Positions 56,480-64,000 of a DNA stretch of 64,000 nucleotides are shown piece by piece; position 1 is the first letter of the stretch, and every line of letters begins with the position of its first letter. Both the position numbers and the translations under genes were made by a program. The stretch is from Promethearchaeota archaeon (GTDB lineage: Archaea; Asgardarchaeota; Lokiarchaeia; Sigyniarchaeales; SOKP01), in contig JAHPZI010000019.1 of NCBI GenBank assembly GCA_019058295.1, forward strand, positions 31,403-95,402, read 5' to 3'. The notes below the pieces were generated by a model. The model was not told the DNA's origin. It ran no database searches and saw only the letters and a list, made by a program, of their open reading frames with translations.

Positions 56480-57838
56480 TTAGAGTTTTTTGTCTTTTAG
56501 CAATTGATCAATATTATAATTGAACGCAATCGGTATTTCTCTATCTATAAATTCGCCTGCGATATTTTCCAATAGCAATTTCTTAATCTGGCTCGGCTCG
56601 CTTGTTTGTCCTAAAACCCAGCCGAGTTTTATATATCCCGTTTCAGGCAATAAATTACGTCCAGGAATGACGCCCATATTAATTAATTCTCGACCAGTTG
56701 AATACACATTCATACCCGTAAAGCCATGGAGCGTTTGTACGGTCATTAATATAGTTATTCCCTCTTGAATTGCCCTTTCAATGGAATTGTATATTTCAGT
56801 ACTAACATGACCCAATCCCGTCCCTGCGATTGCAATACCTTTATAGCCTTTATCAACATAAAATTCAATTATTTCGTTATTCATTCCAGGATATGAATAA
56901 ATAAGAGCTATTTTTTTCTCGAAATTAGTTTGTGCTTTAGTTTCCAACTTATTTCTTTTTCTATAATCTTTTTTAAACATTTTTATTTTTCTTTCTCGAA
57001 TAATACCTAATGGAATGTCGTCTATGGTTCTAAATGTGTTTCTAACAGAAGAATGCATTTTTCTAACCAACGTTCCCCTATGAATCAATCCATAATCATG
57101 CGCAGAGGACCCTAACATGCATACTACAACTTCAGCAATATCTGACGTTGCGACAGTAGTGGCGTTTATTAAATTCAAGGCTGCATCCGAAGAGGGTCTA
57201 TCAGAACTTCTCTGACTTCCTACCAAAACGACGGGTATTGATAAATCTCTTAACATAAATGATAACGCAGCCGCAGTGAATCCCATAGTATCCGTTCCAT
57301 GCCCTATCACAACACCTTCTTTACCAGAATTAGCTGCTTTTTCGACTTTTTGAGCTAATTGTTGCCAATATTCTGGTCTCATGTTTTCTGAAAGAATTTC
57401 AAATACAATTTCAGTTTCAAGATTACAGATATCAGCCAATTCGGGAACGGCACTAAATAATTCTCCGGGAGTAAAAGAAGGAATCACAGCTCCAGTTGTA
57501 TAATCTAATCGAGACGCTACGGTGCCTCCAGTTCCAAAAAGAATAATATTAGGTAAGTTCTTGCTTGTAGGAAACTTTTTTTCTGGAATTTTATAATGAG
57601 CTTCCTTTTTCCCTATTTTTTTTATTTCTTTAATATCAGAAGCATTAATCCCAATGTTATAATTATTTTCCAATTTTATTTCTATATAATCAGGAGCAGA
57701 ATATTCGGTTCTCGGTAAAACTATTCCCTCATAATCTCCTTCACTAGTTTTTATTTGAATTATATCCCAAATCTCAATTTTATTCTTTTCTAAAAGTTCC
57801 TTTCCTTTACCTTTATAACCTTTTAAATTTTCTGTCAT
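56480..57838 (-). CDS. gatD: Glu-tRNA(Gln) amidotransferase subunit D
   Basis: IKL.N.YNIG, TGGT.ASR.DY.TG, HGTDT and GSQRSSDRPSSD motifs. Confidence 0.97.
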   Translation of the reverse strand: MTENLKGYKGKGKELLEKNKIEIWDIIQIKTSEGDYEGIVLPRTEYSAPDYIEIKLENNYNIGINASDIKEIKKIGKKEAHYKIPEKKFPTSKNLPNIILFGTGGTVASRLDYTTGAVIPSFTPGELFSAVPELADICNLETEIVFEILSENMRPEYWQQLAQKVEKAANSGKEGVVIGHGTDTMGFTAAALSFMLRDLSIPVVLVGSQRSSDRPSSDAALNLINATTVATSDIAEVVVCMLGSSAHDYGLIHRGTLVRKMHSSVRNTFRTIDDIPLGIIRERKIKMFKKDYRKRNKLETKAQTNFEKKIALIYSYPGMNNEIIEFYVDKGYKGIAIAGTGLGHVSTEIYNSIERAIQEGITILMTVQTLHGFTGMNVYSTGRELINMGVIPGRNLLPETGYIKLGWVLGQTSEPSQIKKLLLENIAGEFIDREIPIAFNYNIDQLLKDKKL

Positions 57839-59758
57839 TTACTTCAGCTCCTTTAATTTTATTTGTAGTGCATTTTTTAATTCTTTAGACACGAGGGCAC
57901 CATCTATTTTTCCTCTGACTTTTTTCATAACTTCTCCCATTAAAGGGCCCATTGCTCTCATATCTTTTTCTTTTATTAAATCTAAGTTATTTTCAACAAT
58001 TTCATTTACAATATTTTTAAGATCTTCAACAGAAATGCTTTCAATTTTTAGATCCTCTTTTATTTGTTCTATTGAAAGTTCTGGAGAGTCTGCCTTTAAG
58101 CTCATCATCTCTTCAATGGCTTCTTTTCCAATTTCTTTCTTTTTCAATAGCGTAAAAATATCTTTATAATCAGTTTCAGTAATATTTTCAATATTTTTTC
58201 CATCTCTTCTAAGGGCAGTACTAGTTTCTAATAAGGTAGTAATTATTAAAGTTGGATTTTCTGGATAAATTTTAATTAAATCGTTAAAGATAGTTAAATT
58301 TCCCGTAAAAATCAGGTCTTTAATAAACCTTTCTTCAATTTTGAATTTCTTGGAATAATTTTTTATCACATCCCATGGATATTCTGGAAGATCACCCTTA
58401 ATAACTTTAATTTCTTCATTATAATTTATTATTGCTTGAGAATCCGTATCCGGATATAATCGAGCGCCCCCATGCAATTCTCTTAAAAATTCAGTATTAC
58501 CATTATCTAAAGCCCTTCTGGTTTCGGGAGGTACTCCTTTAAATGCATATTTTACACGATTAATGATTACATTAAATGCCTTATCTAATTCTTTTTTATT
58601 TCCTATAACTAGTACAAAACAATCACCTTGTTTTGTTTTTAAGTTATCTTTAAGCGTTTTAATATCCGCGTCAGAAAATTTATAATTTTTTAGATCTTCG
58701 TCGGAATGAATTAAACCCTTTAAACCAGAAATAGATTTAACTTTGCTTGCAATTTCAGTACCAAACCTATAATCTTCCATTAATTCTTTACCTAATAATC
58801 CATCAAAACCTGTAAAATTTATCCCATATAGCTTTTTCTTAGATTTTATCCCTTTTGCAATAAAGCTGCATTTAGTCTTTGCCATTACTTTTGATAAATC
58901 AATTGGTTTTTCAGGAAGAACTTCCTCTTTTAAATTTCTCTTTTGTAATTCCTCTTTAATTTCAACTAAATTAAGTTGTCTTGAAACCTCATGGTTAATA
59001 AGAATTGGAATCCAATCCAATTTTTGTACTCCTTTTATTTCAATTCTCGTACCGGCCTTAATGCTCACATTTACATCTTGTCTAATAGCCCCAAGAACTT
59101 TTTTAACTTTTGTAGACCATACCAATAAGCCTAATCTTTCCGCACATTCTCTGCATTCCATAGGATCGGTAATATCAGGCTTAGTTGTAATCTCAACTAG
59201 GGGAATTCCTAATCGATCTAACCTAAAGAAATTTGTTTTTTCTTCAGTTATTATCTTTCTTGCGGCATCTTCTTCTAAACATAAGATATCTATTCCGATT
59301 TTTTTACCGTTTTCTAATTCAAGATATCCGTCTTTGGCTAAAATCATCGTTCTCTGAAAACCACATGGAACGCTTCCATCGAGATAATTCTTTCTACATA
59401 CATGCATTTCTTCAATAATATTTGAATTAAGAAGTAATGCTATTTCTATAGCAATCTTTCTTGCCTCGTCATTACATTCAAATGGAGGTGTTTCGTCCAG
59501 TTCGTATGTGCAAATAACATCGTTATAACCCTCATATACTATAGTCATTTCTTTTTCATATTCTGTGAGCATTGCTTCGTCATATGTTCCCATTTCCCCC
59601 AAAACAGGTCTCATAAATCGTTTTAGTGTAAAATCCGGCTCTCTTGTTCCCTGAAGTTTATTAGGACATCTACAAAAGAGTTTTGTTTTAGAATCTAGTT
59701 GTTGGTGTATTTCAAGCCCACACAATAAGCCTAATTTTTCGTAATCAAACTCTTCCAT
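57839..59758 (-). CDS. gatE: Glu-tRNA(Gln) amidotransferase subunit E
   Basis: GLEIHQQL, LEEDAAR, LDRLGIPLVEI, VPPETR and RLYPDTD motifs. Confidence 0.97.
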   Translation of the reverse strand: MEEFDYEKLGLLCGLEIHQQLDSKTKLFCRCPNKLQGTREPDFTLKRFMRPVLGEMGTYDEAMLTEYEKEMTIVYEGYNDVICTYELDETPPFECNDEARKIAIEIALLLNSNIIEEMHVCRKNYLDGSVPCGFQRTMILAKDGYLELENGKKIGIDILCLEEDAARKIITEEKTNFFRLDRLGIPLVEITTKPDITDPMECRECAERLGLLVWSTKVKKVLGAIRQDVNVSIKAGTRIEIKGVQKLDWIPILINHEVSRQLNLVEIKEELQKRNLKEEVLPEKPIDLSKVMAKTKCSFIAKGIKSKKKLYGINFTGFDGLLGKELMEDYRFGTEIASKVKSISGLKGLIHSDEDLKNYKFSDADIKTLKDNLKTKQGDCFVLVIGNKKELDKAFNVIINRVKYAFKGVPPETRRALDNGNTEFLRELHGGARLYPDTDSQAIINYNEEIKVIKGDLPEYPWDVIKNYSKKFKIEERFIKDLIFTGNLTIFNDLIKIYPENPTLIITTLLETSTALRRDGKNIENITETDYKDIFTLLKKKEIGKEAIEEMMSLKADSPELSIEQIKEDLKIESISVEDLKNIVNEIVENNLDLIKEKDMRAMGPLMGEVMKKVRGKIDGALVSKELKNALQIKLKELK

Positions 59759-59795
59759 ATTTAATCATATTTTCATTTAAATTTATTATTTATTT

Positions 59796-61421
59796 TTACA
59801 ATAATTTAGATACATAGGGTCCGTCTGATTCATATCCTTGCTCGTAAAACCAGTCTCTTGCTCCAAGACCTGAAATGACAGCTAATTTTTTTGCATCAAA
59901 ATAATCTGCTGAGATTGTTTCAGCATTTTTCATTAATAATTTTCCAAAACCTCTATGCTGAATTTGAGTTAAATAACTTGGTTTCGCATCTTTTGGCACC
60001 ATTTCTCCAACAACTTTTATTTCTCTCACAATTAACGTTTTCCCGTTATTTAATTCTGGTCTATGAGCAAGTTGAGATGGTTTTCTTAAACGCAAAAAAC
60101 CTATAAGATAATGCTCTTTTTTATTTTCATAGGAGAGGAATATTTCTTGACCTTGAGATGCTTCATAATCTAAACGATATAACTCTATATTATCAAATGT
60201 ACTCTCATCAATGATTTTTTTTCTTGTACTAATACCAAACTCTCGACATCTAATGCAATTACACTTATTTTCAAGTTGTTTTAATCTTTCCTGCACGAGT
60301 TGTCGTAAATTGCTATTTTTGCAGCCAGTTTCTATTAACGGGGCGGGAATATCACGCATAATTCTCTGGATTCGCACATACGGCGGGAGATTATGTTTTA
60401 CAGTTGCTAAAAGATTAACTAATTCCTCTGTTGAGTAGGGAATGTATTTTCCTTCTTTCCACCAGTTATAGAGTTCTGTTCCATTTATTACTAAACATGG
60501 ATAAATTTTTAGCATATCAGGACGATAATTAGTATCTGAATAGAGACCCTCAAAGGTTTCAATGTCTTTAGAATAATTTGACCCCGGTAAATTAGGCATG
60601 ATATGTGCGTTAATTTTTAATCCTGCGTCCTTCGCGATTCGAATTGCTTCAATTGTATCTTTAGTGGTGTGCCCTCTCTTTATTAAGGTATAAATTTCGT
60701 CATAAATGGTTTGAATTCCTATTTCTACTCTTGTTGTTCCATAAGATAACATTAGGTCAACATCTTTTTCTTTGCAATAATCTGGTCTCGTTTCGATGGT
60801 TATGCCAATAACTCTTCTTTTAGATGTTTCAGCAAACTCTTTTGCTTCTTCTAGACTATTCACATGTTTCTCAACGATACCTTCCAAGGCACCTTTAATA
60901 AAATTTTTTTGATAGGTGGGATCTGTAGATAAAAACGTTCCTCCCATAACAATGAGTTCAATCTTATCAACCTTATGGCCAATTGCTTCTAAATCTCTTA
61001 TTCTACTTTGAACTTGCTTAAAAGGATCATAATTATTATGGATTGAGCGCATTGCTGCAGGTTCTCTGCCAGTGTACGATTGGGCGACCTTTTCCCCTGG
61101 TTGAGAGTCTTGTCCTGGACAATAAATACATGTTCCTGGGCAAGGAAGGGGTTTGGTCATAATAGCTATGACAGAAACACCAGATAAGGTTCTAGTTGAT
61201 CTTCTCTTTAAAATTTGAGTTATACTTTTTTTTTCTTTTTCAGTTGCGTAATCAAAAATAGTAGCATTCTTTATGACTTTATTATACTGATATTTTTTTC
61301 CAATTCTCCCTTTTAGATTTGTTATTTTATCTCGGGAGATTTTAGGATTATTAATTAAAAATTCTATTATTTCTCTTGAAATCTTTCTTACTTTTTCAGA
61401 ATCAGTTGATTCTTTGAGCAT
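59796..61421 (-). CDS. elp3: tRNA uridine(34) carboxymethyltransferase Elp3 (radical SAM + KAT)
   Basis: CPGTCIYCP, QSYTG.EP, ETRPD, KIYP and QHRGFGK motifs. Confidence 0.96.
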   Translation of the reverse strand: MLKESTDSEKVRKISREIIEFLINNPKISRDKITNLKGRIGKKYQYNKVIKNATIFDYATEKEKKSITQILKRRSTRTLSGVSVIAIMTKPLPCPGTCIYCPGQDSQPGEKVAQSYTGREPAAMRSIHNNYDPFKQVQSRIRDLEAIGHKVDKIELIVMGGTFLSTDPTYQKNFIKGALEGIVEKHVNSLEEAKEFAETSKRRVIGITIETRPDYCKEKDVDLMLSYGTTRVEIGIQTIYDEIYTLIKRGHTTKDTIEAIRIAKDAGLKINAHIMPNLPGSNYSKDIETFEGLYSDTNYRPDMLKIYPCLVINGTELYNWWKEGKYIPYSTEELVNLLATVKHNLPPYVRIQRIMRDIPAPLIETGCKNSNLRQLVQERLKQLENKCNCIRCREFGISTRKKIIDESTFDNIELYRLDYEASQGQEIFLSYENKKEHYLIGFLRLRKPSQLAHRPELNNGKTLIVREIKVVGEMVPKDAKPSYLTQIQHRGFGKLLMKNAETISADYFDAKKLAVISGLGARDWFYEQGYESDGPYVSKLL

Positions 61422-61463
61422 ATAATTATGATAATTATTAAATGGGAAAAAAAATTTTGGGTT

Positions 61464-62324
61464 TTAATAATTAAGAGGTATTTTTTTCCCTGAAAAGTCT
61501 CTTTTATTTTTACCAAAATCCTTAATCTTTCTTAATTCATTCGAGCTAAATACAGGGCCATCCTTACAAACCAATAATCCTAATGGATCTAGAACACATA
61601 ATCCACATAGACCACAGCCACATCTCATAATTCGTTCAAGGCTAGCTTGTAATTCAATATTATACTTTTCACAGATTTGAAATACATTGTACATCATTAT
61701 CTCAGGACCGCATGTATACACAATAGTGTTAGAAAGTTGTTCTTGGGAATAGTCCTTTATTATATTTTTAAAAATATCCGAAGCGAACCCCTCCAGTCCA
61801 TAACTTCCATCATCAGTACAAAATGATACATTGGAATCTTTATCTATGAACTTATGGAACTCATCAACAAATATCAGTTCACTTTCATTCTTCGCACCTT
61901 CAATAAGAGTGAAATTAATGTTTTCTTTATATAATTCTGAAGCAAAAAATTTAAGAGGAGCCAATCCAATTCCTCCTCCTATTAGAAAAATATTCTTTAA
62001 TTTCTCTTTTGGAATTTTAAAATAATTACCTAAGGGCCCCCTTACACCGATATATGCACCAACCTTCAATTCATGTAATGTATTTGTACACTCGCCAACA
62101 TTTTTTACACTGATACTCCAATTTCCTTTCTCATCATATCCAGAAATTGACATGGGTATTTCATCTATTCCAGGAACCCATATCATAACGAATTGCCCGG
62201 ATTTTGGAAGTTTCTTATTTTGCATTAAGTCTGAATCTTTTACATTAAAAATAATCGTTTTAATGCCATCACATTCATTAATAATTTTCTTAATTTTTAC
62301 TGTTTGGATACTATTTTCAGTCAA
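61464..62324 (-). CDS. pyrK: Dihydroorotate dehydrogenase electron transfer subunit
   Basis: GQFVM, RGPLG, GGG.G, CGPE.M and CGCGLCGLC...CKDGPVF motifs. Confidence 0.95.
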   Translation of the reverse strand: MTENSIQTVKIKKIINECDGIKTIIFNVKDSDLMQNKKLPKSGQFVMIWVPGIDEIPMSISGYDEKGNWSISVKNVGECTNTLHELKVGAYIGVRGPLGNYFKIPKEKLKNIFLIGGGIGLAPLKFFASELYKENINFTLIEGAKNESELIFVDEFHKFIDKDSNVSFCTDDGSYGLEGFASDIFKNIIKDYSQEQLSNTIVYTCGPEIMMYNVFQICEKYNIELQASLERIMRCGCGLCGLCVLDPLGLLVCKDGPVFSSNELRKIKDFGKNKRDFSGKKIPLNY

Positions 62325-63261
62325 AATCGGGCACCTCTTGTGTTTTGAATTCGTGTGCTAATCCCTTTAGCTCTTTAATTGATTTATAACCATTTTCTTT
62401 TAAAAAATTCGTTAAACCCTCATTAATTTCTGTTATAATTTTAGGACCTTGGTATAGAGCCGTACCAATTTGAACTGCGGAAGCTCCAGCAAGAATAAAT
62501 TCAATTACATCTTTCCAATCAAAAACTCCCCCACACCCGATTATTGGTATTTTTAATATTTTATAAAGATCATACACTTTTTTAACTGCAATTGGATGTA
62601 TTGCCTTTCCAGAAAGACCTCCACTTCCATGAGATAAAATAGGCCTTTTTGTATTGATATCAATTTTTAAAGCTGCTACTGTATTTATTGCTACTACTGC
62701 GTCCGCACCTGCTTTTTCTGCTGAAAGAGCGATTTCTCCTATATCTGTAACATTTGGATTTAGTTTAACTAAAATAGGTGAGCTTATTTTTTTTTTAATA
62801 TCAGAAACCAACGAATATGTTAAATCTTTGTCAATACCTATTGATGCCACTTCTGCATGAGGACAAGAAATATTTAGTTCAATAGCATCGGCTCCTGCTT
62901 GTTCTGCTTTTTTTGCAATACTTATATAAGAATCATTAGTATCTCCAAACACACTTACAATCAAGGGAATATTTAATTCTTTTATTTTTTTAATTTCAGA
63001 AATAAAATTATCAATTCCAGGATTTCCAAGACCAACGGCATTCATGAAGGTGCCAGGATAAATTTCTATAATTGAAGGATTTTTATATCCCTTTCTAGGC
63101 TCTGGACCGATTGATTTAGTTGTAACAGCACCAGCACCAGCATCAATTACTCTCTTCATTGAAGAATACGAAACACCCAAAATACCGGAAGCTAAAATGA
63201 GTGGAGATTTTAATTTTAAACCGGAAATTTCTGTTTCTAATATCTTTAACTGATTACTCAT
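62317..63261 (-). CDS. pyrD: Dihydroorotate dehydrogenase (family 1B), catalytic subunit
   Basis: ASG, TKS, ELNISCPH, KL.PN, INT, GGLSG and VQIGT motifs. Confidence 0.96.
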   Translation of the reverse strand: MSNQLKILETEISGLKLKSPLILASGILGVSYSSMKRVIDAGAGAVTTKSIGPEPRKGYKNPSIIEIYPGTFMNAVGLGNPGIDNFISEIKKIKELNIPLIVSVFGDTNDSYISIAKKAEQAGADAIELNISCPHAEVASIGIDKDLTYSLVSDIKKKISSPILVKLNPNVTDIGEIALSAEKAGADAVVAINTVAALKIDINTKRPILSHGSGGLSGKAIHPIAVKKVYDLYKILKIPIIGCGGVFDWKDVIEFILAGASAVQIGTALYQGPKIITEINEGLTNFLKENGYKSIKELKGLAHEFKTQEVPDFD

Positions 63262-63428
63262 TGCTATTAATATGTAATATTTTTTCTGGTTTAAAACTAT
63301 ATGAGAAATTATTTAAAGCTACTTATTATTACTCTTACTGGATATATCATTTTTTTTTTTTCATAAGGAGCCAGAAAAAAATTAATCCCATAAGTAAAGA
63401 AAAGAAACTTTCATAAAAAAATAGCCTC

Positions 63429-64000
63429 TCAAAGGTTAAAAAGAGATCCGATATCAAAAAACGAATTTCTTGAAAAAAACTTGAGTCCATTCTTAACGGT
63501 GAAACCTAAATCTAATTTCTTTGACGGATTCAGCATTGTTAAAACAAATGACATTGGTTTTTTAATACTAGACACAAAATATTCAAAATTGGATTTCGGC
63601 TTAAAATAAATATTTTTTATTTCATCTGGGACCACATACTTGACATCTCTAAACAAAGGATTAGTTTTCTTGTTGCCAATCATTAAATCATGAAATGCTT
63701 CGATTCTTGTTCTAAGTCCCTCAAAGCCAGAACTTCCATCAAGACTAAAATGTATGTGGGGCATGTAAAATTTGTCCATGTTTTTTTCAGCTTCTAACAT
63801 TCCCATGAGGGATATTTCAGGCATGCACGTAAATGGGAATATATGAACAAAACCATCAAAACCTTTTTCTTGAGCCTCAAGATAACTTCCCAAGTTCCAT
63901 ACTGCTTCTCCACCAATATCCATTGGAATATATTTTTTTGAGACTTGTTCAAGCCGTCTTCTTCGTTTGCTGGCGTTAAGTTTGTACATGACCCAATCAA
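63429..64000 (-). CDS. C-terminal part of a 2-hydroxyacyl-CoA dehydratase/CoA-activase-associated protein (5' end outside window)
   Basis: GGEA, DG..H..PFTCMPE and GLRTRIEAF.D motifs; frame open to the window edge. Confidence 0.75.
   Translation of the reverse strand, partial: DWVMYKLNASKRRRRLEQVSKKYIPMDIGGEAVWNLGSYLEAQEKGFDGFVHIFPFTCMPEISLMGMLEAEKNMDKFYMPHIHFSLDGSSGFEGLRTRIEAFHDLMIGNKKTNPLFRDVKYVVPDEIKNIYFKPKSNFEYFVSSIKKPMSFVLTMLNPSKKLDLGFTVKNGLKFFSRNSFFDIGSLFNL

Overview
AT-rich archaeal chromosomal window, most consistent with an Asgard archaeon of the Lokiarchaeia/Promethearchaeota. Support: GatDE, aIF5A, TFB, the exosome/proteasome superoperon, an Asgard-type profilin and Pyl-free MttB enzymes. 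It is mostly housekeeping: SRP54-aIF5A-NadK-Nob1-FEN1-Cdc48, a four-subunit 2-oxoacid:ferredoxin oxidoreductase, t6A/KEOPS genes, an ECF module, the psmA-SBDS-rrp4/41/42-rpl37ae-pcc1-pfdB superoperon, four tRNAs, rpl2, gatDE, elp3 and pyrDK. An accessory catabolic stretch lies at about 14-33 kb. The standout observation is an apparent 31-nt bulge-helix-bulge (BHB) intron inside the PPi-dependent phosphofructokinase gene (34107..34137). It splits the Asp codon of the conserved GGGDCPG motif and is missed by the ORF track. Two tRNA genes in the window each carry two non-canonical BHB-type introns, which implies a broad-specificity splicing endonuclease that could also splice mRNA. Other points of interest: several genes that seem to need AUC/AUU starts, degenerate TrmY and JAMM proteins, and a Cys-rich HxlR regulator facing a ZIP transporter. 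No mobile element, rRNA or CRISPR array was seen. All protein calls come from motif recognition by eye; no database search was run.
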